In this document: piece after piece, positions 31,602 to 40,306 of the stretch
Layout: the number at the start of each line of letters is the position of its first letter
How positions within the stretch are numbered: the stretch's first letter is position 1
Source of the DNA: a virus
Lineage: Duplodnaviria; Heunggongvirae; Uroviricota; Caudoviricetes
IMG/VR virus record: IMGVR_UViG_3300031760_000027
Coordinates: 20,159-84,158 of that record
DNA: 64,000 nucleotides
Strand: one strand, 5' to 3'
Notes under the pieces: generated by a model
Database searches by the model: none
What the model was told of the DNA's origin: nothing
Seen by the model: only the letters and a program-made list of their open reading frames with translations
Made by a program: the position numbers and the translations under genes

Positions 31602-32540
31602 ATGAGTAATACAATAGCTTATGTAGATAACCAAACTTTAACTAATATTGCTGATGCTGTTAGATATAAAACAGGAACTAATGGGAAAATGTTATTAAGT
31701 GATATTCCTGATAAAATAAGAAATATTGAGGGTATTGTTCCCTCTGGTTCTATAGAAATTACTGAAAATGGGACTTATAATATTTCTGAATATGCGAATG
31801 CGGTGGTTGACGTTCCGTCTGCCGATTATACGATTGAAGATTTGGCAGAGGGTCTACAGCCGAGCGGTGCGGTGGATTTGGGCGATACGGAAACAGTAGC
31901 GCAATATGCTCTGTCTTACCGATTAGCCTTAACATCTGTGACAGGTTCGAACGTAACTGATGTTCAAGCAAGCGGTTTTGCGTTTAGTGGATTGGAATCA
32001 GTAATCTTGCCGTTTGTTACAATCGTAGGTCAGTATACTTTCCAAGGATGCAAAAGTTTGACAACTGTGCATTTGCCGAGAACTAACCTCCAAGCGTTTG
32101 TTTTTTTGGATGCGTCTGCTGTCGAGTTTTTGTTTTTGCCAAGTGCTACAAGTATTGGCATGGGCAGTTTCCAGAGATGCACAAACCTGCAAACTGTTAT
32201 TCTTCCTGCGATGCGCTCACTTAACGCAGGTAATGTATTTGTAGGAGATGCAAACTTGAAAATAATCGTACTTGGATATGATTCGGTTGTAGATTGCAAT
32301 GCGAGCATGTTCGGACAAACACCGTTCGCATCAGGTGGTTCTGGAGGTGATATTTATATTCCCAAAGTACTGTACGACCATTTAGGTGATGACAGTAATC
32401 TGGACTATCTCCACAACACCAGATGGAATACTTTCAACAGCTATGGAACAATCACTTGGCATCCTATCGAGGGGTCTGAATACGAGACATACATGCCAAA
32501 TGGTCAAAAATATAATGAAGAAATGAGTATTATAAAATAA
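31602..32540 (+). CDS. putative receptor-binding protein with BspA-type leucine-rich repeats (LRR_5-like); GC-rich C-terminal domain
   Basis: N-terminus LTNIADAVRYKTG (shared anchor). C-terminal repeats FQGCKSLTTVHLP / GSFQRCTNLQTVILP. GC content is about 50% from ~31790. Confidence 0.45.
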   Translation: MSNTIAYVDNQTLTNIADAVRYKTGTNGKMLLSDIPDKIRNIEGIVPSGSIEITENGTYNISEYANAVVDVPSADYTIEDLAEGLQPSGAVDLGDTETVAQYALSYRLALTSVTGSNVTDVQASGFAFSGLESVILPFVTIVGQYTFQGCKSLTTVHLPRTNLQAFVFLDASAVEFLFLPSATSIGMGSFQRCTNLQTVILPAMRSLNAGNVFVGDANLKIIVLGYDSVVDCNASMFGQTPFASGGSGGDIYIPKVLYDHLGDDSNLDYLHNTRWNTFNSYGTITWHPIEGSEYETYMPNGQKYNEEMSIIK

Positions 32541-32651
32541 AGAATACTTATCTATCATTTATCTATCATTGTATTTATATACTTTTGTTTTATGATAGAT
32601 AAATTATATAATATTTAAAAAATATATAAATAGAAGGATAGGTAAAGAAAT

Positions 32652-34016
32652 ATGGTTAATAAAGAAATGAAATTTTTAGATAACGGTGATATACGTTATG
32701 AAATTGTAGATGCTTCTGCAAGAAATAATATACAACAAATTAATATGACTTTAGACGGTAAAGCAGACGCATCAGATGTTCTCGCCCCCCTTGTTGGTGA
32801 CGCGGATGACATTACACCCCAAGATGTCATAAACGCTCTTGCTGAAGGAAGGAACGCCAGTGTAACAAAGGAATACACTTTCTCTGAAGTAGATTGGAAT
32901 CTGACATTCACAGCATGGAACAGGGTTGTAGATACGACATATAGCGGTAATGTTACAGACCTTGCCATCTCCCAGACTATTGCTATTTTTAATGGAAACT
33001 TCTATCTGTTCGAAATGGTCGGTGGAAAGTACAACGGAGACATGCCGTGGACAATTACATCGTCTCAGATTACAACAGCGCAGGAATTAACGTTCCATTA
33101 CTACGACAAGGACACCATCGATAACATGATGTCTGGAAAGTCTGATAAAGCCACTACACTGTCTGGGTACGGTATAGCTGATGCTTACACTAAGACAGAG
33201 GTGAACAACCTCGTAGAAGGAAGTGGTGTAACATCCGTAAACGGTCAGACTGGTACTGTGACTATAACAGCAAGCGACCTTGGTGCTATGACAGGGATGA
33301 CTATTCTTTCCTATGGTCATTCCACATGGGACGATTTCATAGAAGCATATAACGCAAATCGTATAGTTTACTGCAAAGCATCTACCGCTGCTGACCCTGC
33401 ATCTGGTGAACAGCGCAGAATGGCTTTTTTAGCGTATTTTGAAACAAACAAAACAGGCATGGTAGCTGAGTTTCAGTATTATCGAAGTGTTTCAAGCCAC
33501 ACCGATGCACAACAGGGTGACCAAGTTATTATCTATCAATTAAAGTCTAATAACACATGGTCTGTGACAACAAGGTCTGCTTCAAGCCGTGTGGTTGCGG
33601 GAAGTGGATTATCAAGTGCGTATGCAAGTGATACACTGACATTATCGCTTAACACCGATAATCAGAATAAGATTGACACGCTGTGGAATGACTATGCAAT
33701 TAATGCGGCAACTCCTACTCCTGAGAGTAATGTTCTTCTGGTCACGGTTACAATGTCAAACGAAATATCTGGCATGGCAGACAAGAGTTATGCAGAAGTC
33801 ATCGAAGCATGGAACGCAGGCAAAGTTGTAAGGCTTTACGCCAATGCGCTTGGCGGAGAAATTGACATAACGGCTCGTGGCAAAATCGGTACGACAGATG
33901 AATACTTCATGACAATGCTCCCGATGATAAGTGGAAGTCAGGTAGGATACATGGTTGTAACAATGACTAAAGGTGCAACGGACAGCGACATGATGAGTGT
34001 TGCTCTGCAATTTTAA
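32652..34016 (+). CDS. tail fibre-like protein; GC-rich body
   Basis: 454 aa. Module KSDKATTLSGYGIADAYTKTEVNNLVEGSGVTSVNGQTGTVTITASDLGA is shared with the 27900..30065 protein. GC-rich relative to the genome. Confidence 0.45.
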   Translation: MVNKEMKFLDNGDIRYEIVDASARNNIQQINMTLDGKADASDVLAPLVGDADDITPQDVINALAEGRNASVTKEYTFSEVDWNLTFTAWNRVVDTTYSGNVTDLAISQTIAIFNGNFYLFEMVGGKYNGDMPWTITSSQITTAQELTFHYYDKDTIDNMMSGKSDKATTLSGYGIADAYTKTEVNNLVEGSGVTSVNGQTGTVTITASDLGAMTGMTILSYGHSTWDDFIEAYNANRIVYCKASTAADPASGEQRRMAFLAYFETNKTGMVAEFQYYRSVSSHTDAQQGDQVIIYQLKSNNTWSVTTRSASSRVVAGSGLSSAYASDTLTLSLNTDNQNKIDTLWNDYAINAATPTPESNVLLVTVTMSNEISGMADKSYAEVIEAWNAGKVVRLYANALGGEIDITARGKIGTTDEYFMTMLPMISGSQVGYMVVTMTKGATDSDMMSVALQF

Positions 34017-34137
34017 GGGGGTGAGCGCATGGAAATGCTTAAATTTATAGCAATTTCTGGATGGTCATTATTCGTTATTTCACCTTTTATATAGAGATTC
34101 ATTTTTAACATCATTGATAATGACGATATGGACGCAT

Positions 34138-34158
34138 AAAAAAAAAAGGGGGGGGGGG
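34138..34158. repeat. homopolymeric tract A10 followed by G11
   Basis: aaaaaaaaaaggggggggggg read directly in the sequence, in the 375-nt non-coding gap between fibre gene and second MBL gene. Confidence 0.9.
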
Positions 34159-34165
34159 TAAGAGC

Positions 34166-34330
34166 ATGAACGACAAAATTATCCATAGAGGCGAGACAAT
34201 GCTTATCTCCATCTCCGCCGAAGATTTCCCGGTCACTGACCTATCTGATGTTGTGCTGACTATCAAACACGGACAGACAGAAACACAACTGCATCTGGAA
34301 GATTTTGACAATATTAGCAATTGTTATTAA
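34166..34330 (+). CDS. short GC-rich ORF (54 aa), possible remnant of a fibre/Ig-like gene
   Basis: An ATG lies 8 nt after the G-tract (which could act as an RBS). Sequence MNDKIIHRGETMLISISAEDFPVTDLSDVVLTIKHGQTETQLHLEDFDNISNCY. Composition matches the GC-rich fibre segments. Confidence 0.2.
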   Translation: MNDKIIHRGETMLISISAEDFPVTDLSDVVLTIKHGQTETQLHLEDFDNISNCY

Positions 34331-34392
34331 ATCTTTAAAAGTTTATAAATAATAATATATGATATTATTATAAAAAAGGAGTTAAATAAATT

Positions 34393-35562
34393 ATGGGAAT
34401 TGTAAGATTACATATTGTAGGAATGGATATTCCAACAGATAAAGGTACTAAAAGTGGTGATTATGCAGTTTTCTATGATGAACACGGTAACGCATTGGTA
34501 TTAGATGCAGGTCAAAGACCTGCATCTGCCAAATTGCGTGAATGGATAAAGAAACAAAATTTTAAAAGAATATGGGCAGTAGGTACACATGCACACACAG
34601 ACCATGTAAACGGAATTATTGATGGTATCAATGACCCTGATATTAAAATAGATAAAGTTTGGTGTGTAGATTATGAATATTTAAAGGTCTATATGTCTGA
34701 TAAATATAAATCTAAACCTTGGTATACACAATTATGCAATATGTATAATAGATGTGGAAAAGGTTTATATGATTTATGTAAAAAAAATAATATACCAGTA
34801 GGTATGTTAAAGACAGGTACACATATTAGATTAGGTGATATTCATTGTAAAGTATTATGGCAGAAATCAAGTTATGGTAGTCCTAATGATGATAATACAG
34901 CAGGTAGCTACATTAATAATAGTTCTCCTGTATTTTTATTTGATTTTGGATATTTTACAGCAGGAGATAATCATTTAACACATTCTGAAATTAGAAAAGT
35001 ATTACCTCAAGTTATTATTGCTCAAATACCGCATCATGGAAACTATGTAGATACAGAAGCTTTTAATAAATTAAATCCTAAAGCCGCATGGTATAATTAT
35101 GGTGAAGTGAATGGTGCTATTGGAAAAGACAAAGGATTTACTTCATGGACTATTCCTAAATTAACTAAAAAGGGAATAGATATTTGGAACAATTATGCTC
35201 ATGGTGAATTAGATATGATATTTACGGATAAGGAAGTAACTATCAAAAGTAAGAAAAATGGTAGTAAAACTTATTCTTTAGATAATTATAAAAACTGGCA
35301 AAGAACTGATACTGAATTAGCAGTAGAAGTTATGCTTGGAAAATGGAACAATGGTGATTATAGGAAAAATGCTCTTGGGACAAGATACACAGATGTTCAA
35401 AAAATAGTTGGTGAATTTGTGAATGATAGAAATAAAATGTTAAATGCAATGGCTGATTATACAATCCGTGGTCTTGCAGGAAATGGTGATATTCGAAAAG
35501 AAACTTTAAAAGGATATTACACAGAAGTACAAGGCATTATTAATGAAAGGTATAAAAAATAA
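34393..35562 (+). CDS. MBL-fold metallo-hydrolase (ComEC-like HHG motif) fused to two CW_7 repeats; paralogue of 26647..27885
   Basis: THAHTDHVNG, TAGDN and QIPHHGN motifs. C-terminal repeats LAVEVMLGKWNNGDYRKNALGTRYTDVQKIVGEFV and a second copy. Confidence 0.55.
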   Translation: MGIVRLHIVGMDIPTDKGTKSGDYAVFYDEHGNALVLDAGQRPASAKLREWIKKQNFKRIWAVGTHAHTDHVNGIIDGINDPDIKIDKVWCVDYEYLKVYMSDKYKSKPWYTQLCNMYNRCGKGLYDLCKKNNIPVGMLKTGTHIRLGDIHCKVLWQKSSYGSPNDDNTAGSYINNSSPVFLFDFGYFTAGDNHLTHSEIRKVLPQVIIAQIPHHGNYVDTEAFNKLNPKAAWYNYGEVNGAIGKDKGFTSWTIPKLTKKGIDIWNNYAHGELDMIFTDKEVTIKSKKNGSKTYSLDNYKNWQRTDTELAVEVMLGKWNNGDYRKNALGTRYTDVQKIVGEFVNDRNKMLNAMADYTIRGLAGNGDIRKETLKGYYTEVQGIINERYKK

Positions 35563-38213
35563 TGGCGAATAAAATAGTTTTTGATTTTTCAGAACATAAT
35601 ACAATTAAAAGTTCTGATTGGGATAATCTTAAAAAAATGTATGATGAAGGTAAATGTAGTGGTATTATTCTTAGAATTGGGTTAAGAGGCTCATTAAAAT
35701 CAAATCCTACATATTATGCTAAAATTCGTTATGATTTTAAATTTAAAGAATATTTAGCAGAAGTTAAAAAAAGGGGTCTGCCCTATAGTGTTTATTATTT
35801 TCCGACTTCTATTTCTGAAAATGAAGCACACGAAGAGGGTAAATGGTTAGTTCAAGCTTTAAAAGATAATGACATTAATCCATCTATTCCTATCTGTCAA
35901 GATTCTGAAATTGTAGATGTTAAAAATAAACAAGGAAGAGCAGATAATCTTTCAAAAGCAAATAGAACTAAATTTATCAATATTGTAAACCAACATCTTA
36001 AAGATGCAGGATATGATTATGGAATTTATGCTTCTACTTCTTGGTTTTATGATTGTTTAAATGATAATGATTTATTAGAGGGAACTTACAGGTGGGTTGC
36101 TCAATATGCTTCTAAATGTACCTATAAAGGTAAAATTGATATGTGGCAATATACGAGCAAATATCCTATGAGTTTTTCTAAAGATGGTGTTGATGCCAGT
36201 TATTGTTATTCTGAAATTAAAACAAAATCTAAACCAGAAGTAACAGAAGATAAAAAGAAAGAACCTAAAGAAGATTCTAAGAATACTGAAACTAATAAAA
36301 TAGAAGATAAAAAGGAAGAAAAAGTTATGATTACTGAAGCAGATTGTATTAATAAAATGATTGAAATTGCCAGTAATGAAGTTGGTTATCTTGAAAAGAA
36401 ATCTAATTCCAATTTATATAGTAAAACTGGAAATGCAGGTTATAATAATTATACTAAATACGGTTATGAAATGCACAAGATTCAGCCTAGCAATATGGAC
36501 TTTCCTGCGGCATGGTGTTTTCCTAAAGGAGTTTTAGTATTAACAGATAATGGGTATAAAGATATTTCTGAGATTCAAATAGGAGATAAAGTGTTGTCAG
36601 CAGATGGAACTCATTTTAATAATGTAATAAATATTTCTGAACACGAAGATAATCTTTATAAAACAACCTACATTGGTAATATTCCTCTTATATCTACAGG
36701 TGAACATCCTGTTTATTCTAAAAAAAGACTTCATATAAGAAAAGATGCAGGATTTACTGACCCTAATTTTAATCCTGTAAAAGAATTAAAAAAGGGAGAC
36801 AGTATCGGTATGACAATGACCAAAGTTGATAATAATATTAATCTATCTTATGATGAAGCTTGGCTTATTGGATATTATGTAGGTGATGGTTGGAAAAGTC
36901 GGAATGATTATTATATTTGTGGTAATGAGAAAAAAAGCATTGAAATAGAAATGCACACTATTGATTTATATAAGGAAGAAATGTATAAAACCAGAACATG
37001 CCAACAATATATATTAAAAAATAATTATAAAAAAATTTTTCCTATATTAGACCATTGTGGAAATGGGGCTTGGCACAAACATGTTCCTGTAGAAATTTTT
37101 TATGCTAATAATAATATCAAACGTGCTTTTTTAAATGGTTATTTGTCTGCTGATGGAAGTCGTAATCTTTCATCTAATATAATTAAATATAATTCTGTTT
37201 CTAAAGAATTGGCAATGGGAATAAATAAAATTGCTACAGATTTGGGATACGGTGTTACTCTTCGGTTGCAACATCGAAATTCAAATTATGAAGTTTTTGA
37301 TGAAAGATATAATCGTTATAGAAAGATTAAAACAAGTGATATTTATAATGGAACAATTAATTTACTTTCTACTGGTAGAAACAACTCCTGTGAGATATTA
37401 GATGGATATTCTTACCATACTATTAAATCAGTATCTGATTTAAATGAAACAAATATTGTTTATAATATGACTACAGATGGAGACCATACTTATACAGCAA
37501 ATAACGTTGCAGTTCATAATTGTGATGCTTTCGTAGATTGGATAATTTTAGAAACTTGCAAAGCTTTTGGTAAAGGAACTGTAGAAGCTAAGAAAGCCCT
37601 TTGTGGAGATTTTGATGATTATACAGTTTATTCATCTAATTACTATAAGAAAAAAGGTAGATGGTTTACGAGTAAGCCTAAAGCAGGAGACCAGATTTTC
37701 TTTAAAAATAATAATGGCATTTGTCATACTGGTATAGTTTATAGAGTAGATTCTTCTAAAGTTTATACTATAGAGGGTAATACTTCTAGTGCTTCAGGTG
37801 TTGTCGCAAATGGTGGATGTGTTGCCAAAAAGTCTTATAGTCTTAGTTATAGTAGAATTGCAGGATATGGAAGACCTGATTGGAGTGGTATCATAGGTAC
37901 TACTGTTATAGTTTCTAATGATGCTAATAACACTGATTCATTAAAAGGAAAATCTACCACTATATTTACAGTATCTGGTACTTTTTCTCCTAACAAAACA
38001 ACAAAATTTGTTGGAACAGTTACAGCGTCTTCTTTAAATATTAGAGAGTGGGCAGGAACTGAAAATGATAAAGTATCTTTTAGTCCTTTGACCAATGGTT
38101 CTAAAGTAAACGTCTGTGATGCTATCTTAGATAATAAAGGAACAACTTGGTATTACATTAGTTACTCTAATAAATTTGGATTTGTAAGTTCAGATTATAT
38201 TAAGAAAGGATAA
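35562..38213 (+). CDS. modular endolysin: GH25-like muramidase + CHAP (Cys-His peptidase) domain interrupted by an intein + C-terminal SH3b
   Basis: N-terminus KIVFDFSEHNTIKSSDWDNLK..GIILRIG (GH25-like). CHAP motifs AAWC|DAFVDW and GICHTGIVY..EGN. C-terminal SH3b-like domain. TAATG overlap with the upstream gene. Confidence 0.75.
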   Translation: MANKIVFDFSEHNTIKSSDWDNLKKMYDEGKCSGIILRIGLRGSLKSNPTYYAKIRYDFKFKEYLAEVKKRGLPYSVYYFPTSISENEAHEEGKWLVQALKDNDINPSIPICQDSEIVDVKNKQGRADNLSKANRTKFINIVNQHLKDAGYDYGIYASTSWFYDCLNDNDLLEGTYRWVAQYASKCTYKGKIDMWQYTSKYPMSFSKDGVDASYCYSEIKTKSKPEVTEDKKKEPKEDSKNTETNKIEDKKEEKVMITEADCINKMIEIASNEVGYLEKKSNSNLYSKTGNAGYNNYTKYGYEMHKIQPSNMDFPAAWCFPKGVLVLTDNGYKDISEIQIGDKVLSADGTHFNNVINISEHEDNLYKTTYIGNIPLISTGEHPVYSKKRLHIRKDAGFTDPNFNPVKELKKGDSIGMTMTKVDNNINLSYDEAWLIGYYVGDGWKSRNDYYICGNEKKSIEIEMHTIDLYKEEMYKTRTCQQYILKNNYKKIFPILDHCGNGAWHKHVPVEIFYANNNIKRAFLNGYLSADGSRNLSSNIIKYNSVSKELAMGINKIATDLGYGVTLRLQHRNSNYEVFDERYNRYRKIKTSDIYNGTINLLSTGRNNSCEILDGYSYHTIKSVSDLNETNIVYNMTTDGDHTYTANNVAVHNCDAFVDWIILETCKAFGKGTVEAKKALCGDFDDYTVYSSNYYKKKGRWFTSKPKAGDQIFFKNNNGICHTGIVYRVDSSKVYTIEGNTSSASGVVANGGCVAKKSYSLSYSRIAGYGRPDWSGIIGTTVIVSNDANNTDSLKGKSTTIFTVSGTFSPNKTTKFVGTVTASSLNIREWAGTENDKVSFSPLTNGSKVNVCDAILDNKGTTWYYISYSNKFGFVSSDYIKKG
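36516..37520 (+). mobile_element. intein (335 aa) with LAGLIDADG homing-endonuclease domain, inserted at the CHAP catalytic Cys
   Basis: Starts with Cys (CFPKGVLVLTDNGYKDISEIQIGDKVLSADG). TGEHP block B. LIGYYVGDGW and FLNGYLSADGS LAGLIDADG motifs. Ends VYNMTTDGDHTYTANNVAVHN followed by Cys+1. Exteins join to AAW-C-DAFVDW. Confidence 0.8.
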
Positions 38214-38231
38214 AGGATAAAGAAACTCGCT

Positions 38232-38735
38232 ATGTCTTTACAGGACTTATTTGAAATGATAAATATATCAGAGATGACAGGAGCAACAGGTCTTATAATA
38301 ACGTTAATTGTTGTTTTAATGACAATAATTCAAATAGCTCCTATCAAAATAAATCCTTGGGATTTCCTTTTAGGTTGGATAGGAGATAGATTAAATTCAC
38401 ATATCATAAAAAAAGTTGATAAATTAGATGCTAAATTAACGGAACACGTAGAAGAAAGCAGAGATGGTACTATAAAAAGAAAAAGAGCAAGAATATTACA
38501 ATTTGTTGAAGACGGTATGGGTGGAAAACGTTATACAAAAGAAGCTTTTGATTTTATGATAATGGAATGTGATGAATATGAAGAGTATATTAAAAAATAT
38601 AATAGGAAAAATGGTGTAATTGAAGCGTCAATTAAAGAAATTAGACGCAGATATTCTGACCATATTCATAATGCTGATTTTGCTGATTTAAGTGAAATGG
38701 AATTACAAAACCAATTAAATCAGAATCAGAAATAA
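38232..38735 (+). CDS. membrane protein downstream of endolysin (possible holin/lysis accessory)
   Basis: 167 aa with one strong TM segment (GLIITLIVVLMTIIQIAPI) and a charged C-terminal domain. Confidence 0.3.
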   Translation: MSLQDLFEMINISEMTGATGLIITLIVVLMTIIQIAPIKINPWDFLLGWIGDRLNSHIIKKVDKLDAKLTEHVEESRDGTIKRKRARILQFVEDGMGGKRYTKEAFDFMIMECDEYEEYIKKYNRKNGVIEASIKEIRRRYSDHIHNADFADLSEMELQNQLNQNQK

Positions 38736-38740
38736 AATTA

Positions 38741-38780
38741 GGGGGGTACTAGCCGAATAGGTTGGTATCCCCCTTTTTTG
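38741..38780. terminator. bidirectional rho-independent terminator between the convergent modules
   Basis: ggggggtac...gtatccccc stem followed by tttttt. A-rich on the other side for minus-strand transcripts. Confidence 0.6.
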
Positions 38781-38795
38781 TTTCATTCTATTTAT

Positions 38796-39701
38796 TTATT
38801 TATTATTAATACCATACATAATATCACTATCACTAACTACAGAAGGGGTTTTGCCATTCCATTTTTGAATCCATTCTCTCTGTAAGACTTCTGGAGTAAT
38901 AGATTTAGAAATCTTCTCATTAGCTTCAGCTTCAGCTTCAGCTTCAATTATTTTGGCTTCAGCCTTACCCTGTGCTTCAATCCTTTGTTTTTCAGCTTCT
39001 GCCTTTGCTTGGTCGATAGTTTTCTGATTCTCATAAGCCTGTTCTTCAGCAGAAAGTTTAGCCTGTGCCTTTTTCTCAATAGCATCGTTATAAGCATCAG
39101 AGAAGTTAATATTGCTAATTGTAACACTAATTACTGTGACAACTTGATTATTATATTTAGTATTTAAAGATTTCTGAATATATTCTTTAGCTGTTTTTTC
39201 AATCTTACTTCTATCAGTTACGTCTGTATCATTATATTGTTTAAAAGCCGCTTTAAGTCCAGATTCAACAGAAGTTCTTTTAACAAGATTAGTATCCCAT
39301 TCTTCAATGTTAGACCAAATCCAAGCACCATATTCAGCATTAATCTGATAGTCTACTACAATATTTTCAGCATATACTTCAGTACGTTCAGATGTTTCTG
39401 ACCAGATTTTATCTTTATCAAATACCATTTCCTGCTGTTTGCAATTCATTTTATGAATATTTTCTACAAAAGGAACATGGAAATGAATGCCTGTTGAAAC
39501 AGGACTACCTGAAATCTGACCATAAGCAGTTCTAATACCAATATACCCTGTAGGGACAAAAGTAATTGAACAACCTAAAATCAAAAGTATAAGTCCTAAA
39601 AAGACTGCTCCTACATTGAGAATTGTAGCCTTTTCTGCCATGCCCATAAAAATAAAACCAAAAGCAACAAAAATTATTCCTAAAACAATTAAAACAATCA
39701 T
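38796..39701 (-). CDS. SPFH/band-7 (HflK/C-, stomatin-, flotillin-like) membrane protein
   Basis: N-terminal TM helix, then SPFH core (GYIGIRTAYGQISGSPVSTGIHFHVPFVENIHKM...), then AEAEAEA coiled-coil tail. Confidence 0.65.
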   Translation of the reverse strand: MIVLIVLGIIFVAFGFIFMGMAEKATILNVGAVFLGLILLILGCSITFVPTGYIGIRTAYGQISGSPVSTGIHFHVPFVENIHKMNCKQQEMVFDKDKIWSETSERTEVYAENIVVDYQINAEYGAWIWSNIEEWDTNLVKRTSVESGLKAAFKQYNDTDVTDRSKIEKTAKEYIQKSLNTKYNNQVVTVISVTISNINFSDAYNDAIEKKAQAKLSAEEQAYENQKTIDQAKAEAEKQRIEAQGKAEAKIIEAEAEAEANEKISKSITPEVLQREWIQKWNGKTPSVVSDSDIMYGINNK

Positions 39702-39717
39702 TTATAAATCTCCTTTT

Positions 39718-39939
39718 TTAATCTTTATTTTTTTTAATATAAGTAATTGAATCTAAATATCCTTCTAGATATTCCAAAAGTTTATAATCTTCTAAATAAT
39801 AAATATCTATTTTATATTCTTCTAACCATGCTTGAAAGTTAGAAAATAATTGACCTATTCGCAAATCAGGGCAAGTAGTCATATGATAATGTCCTATAAT
39901 ATCATATATAGGTACTAATCTTTCTGGTAATCTTCTCAT
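39718..39939 (-). CDS. hypothetical protein
   Basis: 73-aa ORF. Confidence 0.35.
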   Translation of the reverse strand: MRRLPERLVPIYDIIGHYHMTTCPDLRIGQLFSNFQAWLEEYKIDIYYLEDYKLLEYLEGYLDSITYIKKNKD

Positions 39940-39965
39940 ATTATTTTACTCCTTTATTTAATATT

Positions 39966-40142
39966 CTAAGAAAGAATATTTGCAATCAAAGAAATCATAA
40001 GAAGAAACCATCCTACAATAAAATGTTTCTTAGTAAGATTTTCAAATACTTTAGCAAATGGAGTAAAAAGTAATACACCACTAAAAAATACAAAAATAGC
40101 AACAACAATAGCAACTAGATTTTTAATTTCAAGTACAATCAT
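39966..40142 (-). CDS. small hydrophobic membrane protein (58 aa), not in ORF track (<60 aa)
   Basis: MIVLEIKNLVAIVVAIFVFFSGVLLFTPFAKVFENLTKKHFIVGWFLLMISLIANILS. ATGA overlap with the upstream small ORF. Confidence 0.35.
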   Translation of the reverse strand: MIVLEIKNLVAIVVAIFVFFSGVLLFTPFAKVFENLTKKHFIVGWFLLMISLIANILS

Positions 40143-40306
40143 GTTTTCCTTCTCCTTTTCTTATATGCTTCACGTTCAATTTTAAAATCTATAAATAACC
40201 GATAACTGCTTTTAATAAAGAATAGTATTGCTAAAATACAAGAACCAACTATGCCAATAAGTAAAAAAATTAAAAAACTATAATTAATAATTTCTTCTAA
40301 ATTCAT
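40139..40306 (-). CDS. small membrane protein (55 aa), not in ORF track
   Basis: MNLEEIINYSFLIFLLIGIVGSCILAILFFIKSSYRLFIDFKIEREAYKKRRRKT. TAATG overlap with the dut stop codon. Confidence 0.35.
   Translation of the reverse strand: MNLEEIINYSFLIFLLIGIVGSCILAILFFIKSSYRLFIDFKIEREAYKKRRRKT

Noticed and set aside
34029-34094. 21-aa hydrophobic micro-ORF (MEMLKFIAISGWSLFVISPFI) with GGGGGTG RBS
   Set aside because: Too short to support without conservation or expression data; noted only.
34111-34320. 69-aa minus-strand ORF containing PPPPFFF
   Set aside because: Its proline and phenylalanine runs are simply the translation of the A10G11 homopolymer on the opposite strand; artefactual.
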